Positions 1 through 9,202 of a DNA stretch of 60,848 bases are shown here, one piece after another. Below the pieces are notes generated by a model. The model had not been told where the DNA came from, did no database searches, and was given only the letters and a program-made list of their open reading frames with translations. The first letter of the stretch is position 1. Each line of letters opens with the position of its first letter. Source of the stretch: an uncultured virus (IMG/VR IMGVR_UViG_3300047320_000352). Its lineage: Duplodnaviria; Heunggongvirae; Uroviricota; Caudoviricetes. The stretch is taken from the IMG/VR virus record IMGVR_UViG_3300047320_000352. One strand, written 5' to 3'. The position numbers and the translations under genes are program-made.

Positions 1-521
1 GCCGAAGTACATGCGCACCGGTTTTTCAGCGTCAGTCCGTCGCGAGCTTGTTGAGCAGGTTGCGAGCCAAAGTGCTGCTCCCGAGGACGGCAAGGGTGGC
101 CACTTCGACGCCGACGACCAGCCCGGTATCGGTCAATCACCGGGCACGCTCTCAGCTATAACGCTCGCGGTTCGGCTAGCGATGCAACCCCGAAAAATTT
201 TGAAGGGTGTCGAGAGTAATGCGCAACGAATACGCCAACAGACACTAACCGTAGCGCGAGGGCCAAAAGCGCGGCGTTATGCATGGCTTCACGGCCACGG
301 GAAGCGAGGCAAGGGGATTGCGCAGCAAGGCCGCTAAGACATCGACAGCCCCCTTGCGGGGCTGCGGCTCGAACACCGGCAGGTCGCCTTCCGTTCGACT
401 CAAAGTTACAGTTATCCCTTGAAATACGCCAACTTTCTGCCTATGTTCCAAACTTCGAACCGTAAGATGATTGGGTACTATCTCGATATATCCTCAACTC
501 GCACTACCAACAGGAGATTAA

Positions 522-1070
522 ATGGCGACTCTGGAAGCCATCCAGGCACGTATTCAGAAGCTTCAGGACCAGGCAGATGCTTTGCGCTCGAAGGCAAAGC
601 AGTCGGTAATCGGCAAGATTCATGACCTGATGCTCAAGAATGACTTAACGCCGGAAGACATTGGCAATCCCATCCGGCGCGCATCAAAAGTCATCAAGAC
701 GGTCAAGGCGAAGAATGCTTCGGCCGGCGCCCACGCCAAAGGCAAACTGCCCGCGAAATACCTGAACCCCAAGACGGGTGAAACGTGGAGTGGCCATGCC
801 CGTCCGCCGGCATGGATTAAGAACGTCAAGGACCGCTCGAAGTTTCTCATCAACCAGGAAGAACTTCCCGCGTCGGCTCCTGCCTCAAAGACGCACCTGA
901 AAGTCGTACCGAATGGCGCATCGAATGGTAAAGCGCGCAAGAAGGTGAGCGTCGCGCCGAAGTATCGCGACCCGGAAAGCGGTGTAACCTGGACGGGCCG
1001 GGGCCTGGCACCGGTCTGGATTCGCGACGCCGAAGACCGTACGCCGTTCTTGATTAAGGAAGCAGCCTGA
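522..1070 (+). CDS. hns: H-NS family nucleoid protein (BpH3/Bv3F type) with two C-terminal DNA-binding domains
   Basis: N-terminal coiled coil; two H-NS DBD motifs, KYLNPKTGETWSGHARPPAWI and KYRDPESGVTWTGRGLAPVWI; RBS AGGAG. Confidence 0.9.
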   Translation: MATLEAIQARIQKLQDQADALRSKAKQSVIGKIHDLMLKNDLTPEDIGNPIRRASKVIKTVKAKNASAGAHAKGKLPAKYLNPKTGETWSGHARPPAWIKNVKDRSKFLINQEELPASAPASKTHLKVVPNGASNGKARKKVSVAPKYRDPESGVTWTGRGLAPVWIRDAEDRTPFLIKEAA

Positions 1071-1157
1071 ACGGTGCGCGCTCTATGCCGCTCACTGCGC
1101 GCATAGCAGGCGACAGTCTTTGCGTAAGGTCGGAATGGCCTCGAGCTAGCGGCCATG

Positions 1158-1187
1158 AAAAAGGACTCCCGGAGAAGGGGAGTCCTT
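1158..1187 (-). terminator. Intrinsic terminator
   Basis: AAGGACTCCC/GGGAGTCCTT inverted repeat; T-run on the minus strand. Confidence 0.7.
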
Positions 1188-1203
1188 AGAGTTGCTACAG
1201 GAC

Positions 1204-1647
1204 TTACGCGGCTTGCGCGAACTCTTCGAACGAGCCGACCGTAAAACCCAATTGCACGAGTGTTTCGCGCAGGGTCCGCAGGCCCATCCCCGCATCCACG
1301 CTCTGAACAGACCCGCCGTTGAAGGCGACGTCCAGGCGATATTCCTCGAGCTGTTCGCTCCAGCGACGCGTGAGCGTGACGTCTCCCAACGACGGCATCG
1401 GGCGCAGATAGGTGACAGGCTTGCTCTTCAGCAAGTCCGACACCGTGTAGCGCGATTCACCGCCTGCCTCGTTGATAAGGCGAACGCTGTTGAAGCCGAG
1501 CAGAATAAGCGCCGGAAGAACAGGGCTTTCCTGGTCTTCGACAACACGAAGGTCGACTACGCCGAGAACCGAATTGTCCAGCAGTACGGTCATGCGGTCC
1601 GACATCGGCGTGATGTCGTTCAACAAAATGCTCACTACGTTCTTCAT
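1204..1647 (-). CDS. Hypothetical protein
   Basis: ORF with AAGGAGG RBS before ATG 1647 (MKNVV). Confidence 0.75.
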   Translation of the reverse strand: MKNVVSILLNDITPMSDRMTVLLDNSVLGVVDLRVVEDQESPVLPALILLGFNSVRLINEAGGESRYTVSDLLKSKPVTYLRPMPSLGDVTLTRRWSEQLEEYRLDVAFNGGSVQSVDAGMGLRTLRETLVQLGFTVGSFEEFAQAA

Positions 1648-1729
1648 GGCTGTGTCCTCCTTGGTTGATAAGCCCATAGCCGTATAGCGCGATGCGCCGG
1701 CCGGGCATCAACGAGAAGGTCGTTTTGCG

Positions 1730-2071
1730 TCAGTCTGGACTCTCGACCAGTGAGCGTTTTTTTGCGTTGTGTTCGTGCAGCCAGGCAATGGCGTCTTCCG
1801 GCCTGCCGAGCTCTCCCGTCTCTCGGCGCCGCGCGGTCATCGCGGAGGCCTGCTTCCAGGTAATCGGAATAGCGCCGGCCGCCACGGCAAGCGTTTTCTT
1901 TGACATGCAGATGTCGTAGTGCCTGCGGGGTTTGCCGGGTTTCTGGTGCCACTTGCGTGCGACACCGATGCGCGCCGCCATCGCGTGCAGCTCGTCATCA
2001 TCGTCGGAAATCATGTGACACATCTTCATGCGGCCGTACTGTGCCTGCATGTCATCGACGTAGACGGCCAT
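1730..2071 (-). CDS. DUF4031 family protein
   Basis: MAVYVDD...MCHM..D..ELHAMAARIG...WHQ...HYDI signature. Confidence 0.85.
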   Translation of the reverse strand: MAVYVDDMQAQYGRMKMCHMISDDDDELHAMAARIGVARKWHQKPGKPRRHYDICMSKKTLAVAAGAIPITWKQASAMTARRRETGELGRPEDAIAWLHEHNAKKRSLVESPD

Positions 2072-2073
2072 GC

Positions 2074-2904
2074 TTACCAGCGCCGCGCGTATTGGCCAAA
2101 CTTGCCCGTCCCTTCATCTGCGAAAAGGTCCACGAGCGGCAGAACTGTCGGCGCGCGCGCGTCAATCACGACCGTCTGGCACAACACGTTGGCCATCGTC
2201 AGCTTGCCAGGGGCGATGCCCTTTTCGCCGAATACCGCACCCGTGTCGATGAAATAGCAGTTGCCCAGGCGCATTGCGCCATCGAACTGCGGCGTGTGAC
2301 CGGCGAACACCCGGTCGATGCCCGCGACACCTGACGTGTCGTTTTGCGTCGTGCGCACGCGGCCCCACAGGGCGCTCTTAATCGTGTGACGGTCGCCGGC
2401 TTCGATGTTCGCGATGAACGTCTGCCAGTCCATGCCGATGGGCACTTCTGCGTGGATGATGCCGACCGAGCCGCGCACGGTATTCAACTCCATCACGATA
2501 GGTAGACGAGCAAACGCATCCAGGATGGCGGCCTGCTGCTCCGGCGGGGTTGAGAGCCACCAGGCCATGCCATTTCGCGCGACATTGTGGCGAAGCGCGT
2601 CCAGGTCCAGCGAACCGGCGGCATACAGGTCGAGCACCATCTGCTCGTGATTGCCGAGAGTGGCAAAAAACCACGGCTGGCCAAGCAGAGCGAGCGCCTC
2701 TGCCGAATAGTCACCGCGGTCAACCAGGTCACCGACCGAAAACAGGCGGTCTGCGGCCGGGTCGAAATTCACGGCGTCGAGCCCGCGCGCGATAGGATTT
2801 CGCACACCGTGCCGGTCACCGATAATGAAATCGCGGCCCTTGCCTTGGCCCACGTGAACGACTGCCGGTGCTGGTGTTGAGGGTTTGCGCCACGTTTGCA
2901 GCAT
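2074..2904 (-). CDS. Calcineurin-like metallophosphoesterase (PphA/lambda NinI-like)
   Basis: GDxHG, GDLVDRG, GNHE and GHTP motifs; AAGGAG RBS before ATG 2904. Confidence 0.9.
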   Translation of the reverse strand: MLQTWRKPSTPAPAVVHVGQGKGRDFIIGDRHGVRNPIARGLDAVNFDPAADRLFSVGDLVDRGDYSAEALALLGQPWFFATLGNHEQMVLDLYAAGSLDLDALRHNVARNGMAWWLSTPPEQQAAILDAFARLPIVMELNTVRGSVGIIHAEVPIGMDWQTFIANIEAGDRHTIKSALWGRVRTTQNDTSGVAGIDRVFAGHTPQFDGAMRLGNCYFIDTGAVFGEKGIAPGKLTMANVLCQTVVIDARAPTVLPLVDLFADEGTGKFGQYARRW

Positions 2905-3009
2905 GGGAGCTCCTTCTTTAATCGTGAAAGCGTTGGACGCCGCCCTGATGAGCGTCTGCGATAGTTCGCCGAGTCGTGCCCTGGCTGCCGTCAACACGGA
3001 TGGGGATAC

Positions 3010-3432
3010 TCAGTTCGTGGCCGCTGCGGCCTGCGTCGCTCTCGCGAGCGCGCGCGAAAGCCAACGGATGCGGTCTTTCACGGCCGTCATGTACACGATG
3101 GGCATAAAAGCAGTGCCCGCCATGAGCTTGTCCACCGGAGGGCGGCGGTCGTAGTTCAGGAACGCCTCGTTCGCGAGTTCGTCGTCGCTCAACTGGCCCA
3201 GCGTGAGTGCGGCGCGTTCGCGCTCGTAGAGCGTGCCATGTGGGTCGGGCTCACCATCGGCAAGCCAGCGAAGGCCCGGGGTCCCCTCAAGCGTTTCGTG
3301 TGCACCGTCTTCACCGGGCAACCCGAGGTACTCACGCAGTACCGCGCGCACGTGGTCCGGCTGCATCCCGGAATCTGTGCAGGCAGCCAGGAATGCACCG
3401 ATATGCTTGCGTGCGTCTTCGATGGTTTTCAT
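3010..3432 (-). CDS. Hypothetical phage-like protein
   Basis: ORF in a co-oriented operon. Confidence 0.7.
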   Translation of the reverse strand: MKTIEDARKHIGAFLAACTDSGMQPDHVRAVLREYLGLPGEDGAHETLEGTPGLRWLADGEPDPHGTLYERERAALTLGQLSDDELANEAFLNYDRRPPVDKLMAGTAFMPIVYMTAVKDRIRWLSRALARATQAAAATN

Positions 3433-3444
3433 TCGAATTGCGCC

Positions 3445-3663
3445 TTAGCTGAACGAGACGGTGAATGGCGCGTGCTTGACCACGACGAACCACCAGCCCG
3501 CGAGGAGGAGGAGCCCGAGGGCAATCACGAAGAGCTTCTTCTTCAGCGAATTCGGCACGCCGCCGATGCTGTACTGACCCAGGTTGAAAGCGGCGAGCCC
3601 GAGCCACGTCATGGACAGCGAAAAGAAGACTGCGACAACAAAAAGCCAGCCGATGACTGCCAC
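3445..3663 (-). CDS. Small membrane protein (2 TM)
   Basis: Two hydrophobic segments; GGAGG RBS, GTG start. Confidence 0.7.
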   Translation of the reverse strand: MAVIGWLFVVAVFFSLSMTWLGLAAFNLGQYSIGGVPNSLKKKLFVIALGLLLLAGWWFVVVKHAPFTVSFS

Positions 3664-3664
3664 G

Positions 3665-4033
3665 TTAAGCCTCCTCGGGCACGACTTCGACCTGCATGGT
3701 GTTCGCGTCCTCGAGCTTCACCCAGAAGCGCACCTGACGTTTCGTGGCCTTCGAGAAGGAGTATGTTTTCGCAAGTGCACTTACACCCTTGATGCGGAAG
3801 CTGATGCTATCGAAGTCGCTCATGCCGTGCTTGATGAAGTAACGGTCGATGATGAGTTCGGTGCCCGGCGGGAGCGTCGCGTGGGACGGTTGCGGGTCGT
3901 AGCTGATTTCCCGCGGGTCACCCAGCAGCGTCATCAGCGTTGCGTTTCTCCGCTCGTTAAAGAGCCGGAAATTCCACGGTTGGGTCAGCCTGAGGCGCGT
4001 GCCGAGCGCGGGCACGAACAGTTTGATGGACAT
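3665..4033 (-). CDS. Hypothetical phage-like protein
   Basis: AAGGAG RBS before ATG 4033; extended -10 TGGTATAAT upstream. Confidence 0.75.
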   Translation of the reverse strand: MSIKLFVPALGTRLRLTQPWNFRLFNERRNATLMTLLGDPREISYDPQPSHATLPPGTELIIDRYFIKHGMSDFDSISFRIKGVSALAKTYSFSKATKRQVRFWVKLEDANTMQVEVVPEEA

Positions 4034-4103
4034 TCGGAAAGCTCCTTGAATTAACGTCATTATACCATGAAATAACGTATAACGCAAAACGCTCCCCAAT
4101 GAC

Positions 4104-4138
4104 AAAAGGCGCGAAGCCTCGTGGGCCTCGCGCCTTTC
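4104..4138. terminator. Intrinsic terminator, possibly bidirectional
   Basis: AAAGGCGCGA..TCGCGCCTTT inverted repeat. Confidence 0.65.
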
Positions 4139-4157
4139 TTGCAGCAGCAGCGGGGGA

Positions 4158-4910
4158 TTACTTGCCGGTCAGGCGGCGCAGACGGTCGGCGGCCGACTCG
4201 GCCACCGGCGTTGCCGTGCCGGCGGCGATGCGGCGAGCTTCTTCGACTGCGTTCGAGCGGTCAATCGGCTTCTGGCCGATGTCCGCCTGGATGGCCGTAG
4301 CGTCGGCTGCGACTTGCAGCTTTTCGGCCTTGCGGTTCAGCGCGCCCAGTGCGGTCGAGGTCGAGCCGGTGCCGCTCTGGAGGTCACGCAGTTCCTGCTG
4401 GTTCTGCAGGCGCATGTTTTCGCGGTCCTGATTCGCCTGGGCTTGCGCGATGGCGCGCAGTGCCTTCTGGGCGTTCGCTTCGAACTCGTTCAGCTTCTTC
4501 TCGATGCTGTTCACGATGCCTTGCACCGTGTCGACCAGTTCCTTCGCGTCGGCGACGTCCTGCTGCGCGGCCGGCAGGCGGGCCTTCATGTCTTCGAGGT
4601 TGTTCGCGAACTCGTTGAGCGTCTGCTCGTCGATTTCCTTCGCGTCGAACTTCGCAATCAGGATTTCCGCGGCCTTCGTGTCTTGCGTAATCTGCGCTTC
4701 GAGCTTGTCGGCATTGGCTTTCACGCCGTTGTATTCGTTGCGAGCCGAGGCCAGCTTCGTTGCCGCGTCGTGCAGTTTCTGTTTCAGGTTGTCGCGGTCG
4801 ACTTCGGTGGCCGTCTCGGGGTCGAACGAGACGAGTGCCTGCGCGACGGTGTCACCGAATGCACCGATTTGCTTGACGATAAGTGCTGCGGAGAGCTTCC
4901 AGCCGGACAT
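4158..4910 (-). CDS. PspA/IM30 (YjfJ-like) coiled-coil protein
   Basis: All-helical heptad pattern; C-terminal SAADRLRRL; adjacent to DUF2491. Confidence 0.65.
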   Translation of the reverse strand: MSGWKLSAALIVKQIGAFGDTVAQALVSFDPETATEVDRDNLKQKLHDAATKLASARNEYNGVKANADKLEAQITQDTKAAEILIAKFDAKEIDEQTLNEFANNLEDMKARLPAAQQDVADAKELVDTVQGIVNSIEKKLNEFEANAQKALRAIAQAQANQDRENMRLQNQQELRDLQSGTGSTSTALGALNRKAEKLQVAADATAIQADIGQKPIDRSNAVEEARRIAAGTATPVAESAADRLRRLTGK

Positions 4911-5016
4911 GTAGATTCCTTTTGCGTGTGGTTCGGAGTGGAGTCGGCGCGGCGCGCCGCTCCAGGAATTAGGGGTGCAACAAAGCGTTTAGTATAACAC
5001 AAAACGCTACCTGAAG

Positions 5017-5805
5017 TTAGGGGACTTTCACCTTCAATGGTTCCAGCGTGAGCCCGACGAGGAAATCGACATGCACCGCGGGCTCGCGACTGCCGTCGAC
5101 CGAATCGACGATTTCGAACGAAATCAGCAGGTTTTCGCGATTGCCGTCCGGCAGAATCCGGACATAGGGCATGAAATGCATCTTCTGATGCATGCCTTTC
5201 ATGCCGGTCGGGTCATCCAGCCGGTTTTCGACCGCCGTGTACGGGTGGACGTATTCACTGGCCACCGGCGTATCGCGCTGATAGTCGAGCGATTCGGCCT
5301 CGCCGAGCAGCTTGGCAGTCTTCTCGGGCGTGAACCCCGCTAGCGCGAGCATGTCGTCGCCCAGGTTGTACCAGCTGTCGCCCAGTCCGTAGCCCTGGCC
5401 CAGATACGGTTCCTGTTCTTCAGCTGTAGTCGGCACGAGGCGGAAGAGTTGCTGGTAGTAGGTCGCCTCGGCCGGCTGGCCGTTTTTCATCAGCACCTGG
5501 AGGAACGACTGCCCCGCGTCCGTCTGGCGGTCACCCACGTCCGTGTACAGGCGGAAAATCTCCAGCGACGGGTCCGCATCCAGCCGCACGCGGCCGACCG
5601 CCTGCACCTGCATTTGCGCTGAGGCCGGAACCTTCAGCAGCGTGCCATCGAGGATGGCGAACGACGCACGCGGCACTTCCAGAAGACTGCCAATCCGCGC
5701 GCCGTACGGCAGGCCGACGTCGACGCGAGGCAGGGCATTGTGGTTTTCCTGCGCCTGGTCTACGCGCTTTTCGATGATGCGCTTGCCGAGTTGGAAAATG
5801 GACAT
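5017..5805 (-). CDS. DUF2491 (YjfK-like) protein
   Basis: GLPYGARIG, IFRLY, FLQV, MPYVR, ENLLIS, VDFLVG segments resemble YjfK. Confidence 0.7.
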   Translation of the reverse strand: MSIFQLGKRIIEKRVDQAQENHNALPRVDVGLPYGARIGSLLEVPRASFAILDGTLLKVPASAQMQVQAVGRVRLDADPSLEIFRLYTDVGDRQTDAGQSFLQVLMKNGQPAEATYYQQLFRLVPTTAEEQEPYLGQGYGLGDSWYNLGDDMLALAGFTPEKTAKLLGEAESLDYQRDTPVASEYVHPYTAVENRLDDPTGMKGMHQKMHFMPYVRILPDGNRENLLISFEIVDSVDGSREPAVHVDFLVGLTLEPLKVKVP

Positions 5806-5816
5806 CGCGTGAATCC

Positions 5817-6818
5817 TTAGAGGGTGTAATTCGCTTTCGTTGCGGCCTTGGCCTTGTTGTCGCGCAGCACGAGCCACACGATGAGCCCGATGGCGCCAAT
5901 CAGGAAGACAAACAGCAAAATCAGCGTGAACGACGTGTGGTGTTCCTTTTGGGCCTCAACCGCTTTCAGTTCGGCGGGGGTATGCGCAGCCGATGCGTAG
6001 GCGGCAGTCGGTGCCGGCGCCGTAGCAATAGCCGCGGGAGCGACGCTTGGCGCGACAGGCTGAACGCTCGGTGCGTAGCCCGCCTGCGCCTGCGCTGCTT
6101 GCGCTTGTGCGGCCTGGGCCTGCATTTGCGCGGCCTGCGCCTGCATCTGGGCGGCCTGTGCCTGCTGCATCTGGGCATACTGATAGTCACGCTCGCGTTC
6201 GTCACGGCGGGCAGCTGCTCGACCGCTTTCGTACCAGAACGCGTTGGTGAGCAACGAGCTATGCGAGTCGTGGTATTGCGGCGTGCCTTGCTGCACGACG
6301 ATGACCTGCGGCTGCTGCTGAGTGTGCGGCTGGTAGTTCGATGCGGTGGACTGCGCCATTACCGCCGGACCACGGCTCGAGGTGTCCTGTGTGACCTGCG
6401 GCGCGGCGGCCTTCTGCTTGGCCTGGTAGGCGTCGACGGCATCACGGTTAGCCGATGCGGAATACATGGCGCCGCCGAGCGCGCTTGCCGTGGCGACACC
6501 GGCAACCGCGGTGCCCGTTTTTGCCGCCGTGCTGAACCCCGACTTGGCCGGCGAGGGGGCAGCGGCCGGTGCAGCGGGGCGGGGCACAATCGTGGGCACG
6601 AACGTGGTGACGCGCGGCGTGTCTGCTTTCTTCGTGTTCGAGGAGCCAAAGCCCGAATAGCTACCGTAACTGGTCCGGGTATCCGACCGGGCGACGCTTG
6701 AAGTGCTCTTGCTTGACCCCGAGCTGCCACGGCTGAACCCGGAGGCAGCGTTAGCGAAAGGAGATGCCAGCAGCGCCGCAGTAAGCGCCGCGACGATAAA
6801 GTGCGTTTTCTTGTTCAC
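5817..6818 (-). CDS. Secreted, membrane-anchored low-complexity protein
   Basis: Signal peptide (…ANA); SGFSRG/Ser-Gly-rich N-terminus; QAQAA repeats; C-terminal TM; GTG start. Confidence 0.8.
   Translation of the reverse strand: MNKKTHFIVAALTAALLASPFANAASGFSRGSSGSSKSTSSVARSDTRTSYGSYSGFGSSNTKKADTPRVTTFVPTIVPRPAAPAAAPSPAKSGFSTAAKTGTAVAGVATASALGGAMYSASANRDAVDAYQAKQKAAAPQVTQDTSSRGPAVMAQSTASNYQPHTQQQPQVIVVQQGTPQYHDSHSSLLTNAFWYESGRAAARRDERERDYQYAQMQQAQAAQMQAQAAQMQAQAAQAQAAQAQAGYAPSVQPVAPSVAPAAIATAPAPTAAYASAAHTPAELKAVEAQKEHHTSFTLILLFVFLIGAIGLIVWLVLRDNKAKAATKANYTL
6081..6176 (-). repeat. Coding tandem repeat QAQAAQ(M/A)
   Basis: Degenerate ~21-nt units visible in the sequence. Confidence 0.7.
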
Positions 6819-6844
6819 GAGAAGCCTCGATAGGGAGTTTTTGT

Positions 6845-6872
6845 AGTATACCACCGCAATGGCATTTGTCAA
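6845..6872 (-). promoter_or_regulatory. Sigma70 promoter
   Basis: TTGACA-16 nt-TATACT with TG extension. Confidence 0.75.
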
Positions 6873-7113
6873 TGTCGCCAGGCGGATAGGGCCTATTTCG
6901 CAGCCAGCGGACTTTGGTTGGCGATAGATATACCAAAAAACATGAAATGCGCCGAGCCCTGCTGCTCAGTAGCCGCCGGCCACAGGCAACGCAATGGCCG
7001 ACCTCACCGGGCGGTCTGGTTTCCTTATGCGAGGCAGGCGCCTTGCCATGTGCGCACGCACGCGATAGGGCTGGGGATGTGCAACTGGTAAGGTCTTGAA
7101 AACCAGACGTCGC

Positions 7114-7605
7114 TTACGTCGGCCGACCTTCTTCGTTTTCCTGGATGCGTTCTGCTGCACAGCGCGCGACTTCCACCAGGTCGCCGACGAGATTCATCGG
7201 GTGGTCCTTGAGCCATGCGTTGATAGCTTCGTGGTCTTCCTCGGTTTTCGCGGCGACGTAGGCCTGCACGAGACGCGCATATTCCTGCCGCAGCCACAGT
7301 GGGTGGCGCTCGATGTCGAAGCTCGAGCGCTCATATAGCGGCAGGTCGCCAGATTTGCGCCTGGCCGAGCGCAGCGCCACGGCCATCCGGTCACACCAGA
7401 GCGCCATCTTCTCGCGCGCCGCCTCGACGGAGTCTGCCGTCAGTTCGGTCAGGCGAAACTCGCCCGTGACCTTGCCGGTGTCGGTGCTGACGTGCAGCGT
7501 GAGGTCCTGCTCAAGCATCGTACGCAGCCGGCCGACACTGTGCACGACGTTGTACGTCAACGATACCCGGTTGTCCGCGTATTTGAGGTCCTTGAGCTCA
7601 AGCAT
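7114..7605 (-). CDS. Hypothetical protein
   Basis: Start MLELK overlaps the stop of the upstream small ORF. Confidence 0.7.
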   Translation of the reverse strand: MLELKDLKYADNRVSLTYNVVHSVGRLRTMLEQDLTLHVSTDTGKVTGEFRLTELTADSVEAAREKMALWCDRMAVALRSARRKSGDLPLYERSSFDIERHPLWLRQEYARLVQAYVAAKTEEDHEAINAWLKDHPMNLVGDLVEVARCAAERIQENEEGRPT

Positions 7606-7690
7606 GGACGGCGCCGGCCTTCGCCAGTTGCTCGATGATGTGCGCAAAGCGTTGAGCTGCTGCATCCAGGACGAAGTTCGTGTCGTTCAT
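7598..7690 (-). CDS. 30-aa small protein MNDTNFVLDAAAQRFAHIIEQLAKAGAVHA
   Basis: AAAGGAG RBS; stop overlaps the next ATG (ATGCTTGA); below the ORF-track cutoff. Confidence 0.6.
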   Translation of the reverse strand: MNDTNFVLDAAAQRFAHIIEQLAKAGAVHA

Positions 7691-7726
7691 GGTGGTCTCC
7701 TTTGAGAATCGGTTTGTCGTATTCGG

Positions 7727-8332
7727 TTAGGCGGTGACTTCCACCGGGTAAGCTTCTTCAATCCGGGCGCCAAGCCGACGGACGCGCTCGAGCGGACTGC
7801 TGTGCAGCACCGACAGATGGACCCAGTCGGCCTCGTCCACTTCTTCGACCTGCGGCACCAGCGGCACGCTCGACGACGCGGTCGCTACAAACGTGAAGTC
7901 GTGGTGGAAGTGCGCGCCTTCGCCCTTCTTCGGATTGGCCGGAATCCGGTGCGTGTCGATGTCGATAGGAAGCATGGCGCTACCGACGCCGCGCCACTCC
8001 AGCGCTTCTGCGACAACACCCGTTTCCTCGAACAGCTCGCGCAGCGCGGACAGCCACAGTGAGATGTCCATTTCGAAATGGCCACCCGAAGGCATCCAGT
8101 CTTTATAGGTGCCGTGATAGATAAGCAGGACCTTGCGCGTAACCGGGTCGAATACCACGATGCTCGTGGTGATGTGGCCGGCCATGGTCGAGCGTACGAG
8201 AATGTCGGTCTTGCCCAGCTCCAGCTGGTCGCGCAACTGAACCAGCCGCGCGGCATCCTCCGGGTAGCAGGCGAGGTAGGCGGTGAGAAGGTCGCGCGTC
8301 GCGCGTACGACAGCAGCCATGGTCGGGTTCAT
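7727..8332 (-). CDS. NUDIX hydrolase
   Basis: Nudix box GGHFE…ALRELFEETG; GHIT and DIDxHxIP…HxHHD motifs. Confidence 0.9.
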   Translation of the reverse strand: MNPTMAAVVRATRDLLTAYLACYPEDAARLVQLRDQLELGKTDILVRSTMAGHITTSIVVFDPVTRKVLLIYHGTYKDWMPSGGHFEMDISLWLSALRELFEETGVVAEALEWRGVGSAMLPIDIDTHRIPANPKKGEGAHFHHDFTFVATASSSVPLVPQVEEVDEADWVHLSVLHSSPLERVRRLGARIEEAYPVEVTA

Positions 8333-9093
8333 TTGAGCTCAGCAATCGTCGTGGCGGGGTGGGTGGCGCTCGAGGGAGGCGCATCTTCCAGCATTGGCCT
8401 GAGGGCAGCAGTCCAGTCCTGTTCTTCCAGGTAGCCCAGTGAAAGCCGCGCGAATAGGGCTTTTTCCTTGAACCGGGCGTACTCGAGCGTGGACAGGCCT
8501 CGCAGGTGGTCGGTGGGCCAGCCGCTCATATCGAGTGCCAGCCGCTCCAGGCCGGTAACCTGCATGCCAATCGCGCGCGCCTCCTTCAGCACGGCGAGCC
8601 AGCCGTCATGCACAGCCTTGATGATGTCCTTGAATTCGACGTCGCGGCCGAGCTGGCTAAGGTTCGACACAGCCCGGTTGTTCATCGTCCTGTAGAGGAG
8701 GGACGGCAGGGTCGGGATAAGCTCCGCCCAGTAATGCGCACCCTTCGAGTCGCCGAACTGTTTCAGGCTCTGATACACGCGGTCACCGAAGGCGCGCTCC
8801 CAGCCGGCCTTCAGGCGATGACGAGTGCGCCCGTACATCTGGCGCAGCTCGGCCGCGGCATCCGAAGATGGGAAGCGGCGCATGACCTGCTCCTCAATCC
8901 AGCGCTCCGGCGTGCCCGTAGCACCCAGCAGCTTGAACACGGCCTCTTCGCCGCTCCGGATGTGTTGAAGCTTGATGTAAAGCACAGCTTCATCGTGCTC
9001 AACGCCGCGAGCAATCTCTCTTTTTTCTACGTCCGGAGCGAGCCCGATGTGAAATTCTCGATAAATACTGGTGTGCATGGCTGCAATTTTCAC
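8329..9093 (-). CDS. Hypothetical protein
   Basis: 254-aa ORF coupled to the NUDIX gene; start uncertain (9093 or 9078). Confidence 0.7.
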   Translation of the reverse strand: MKIAAMHTSIYREFHIGLAPDVEKREIARGVEHDEAVLYIKLQHIRSGEEAVFKLLGATGTPERWIEEQVMRRFPSSDAAAELRQMYGRTRHRLKAGWERAFGDRVYQSLKQFGDSKGAHYWAELIPTLPSLLYRTMNNRAVSNLSQLGRDVEFKDIIKAVHDGWLAVLKEARAIGMQVTGLERLALDMSGWPTDHLRGLSTLEYARFKEKALFARLSLGYLEEQDWTAALRPMLEDAPPSSATHPATTIAELK

Positions 9094-9202
9094 AAGGAAT
9101 TGCGTCTAGTATACCATGAAAACAGATTTTGCGGCAGTAGATTGCTTGACCTTAAAAAGCATTCGGGCACAATAGTCACGCCTATAACAAGGGAGAATTG
9201 AC

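Noticed and set aside
11..465. ORFs upstream of hns
   Set aside because: No motifs or RBS support; may be a window-truncated gene or non-coding DNA
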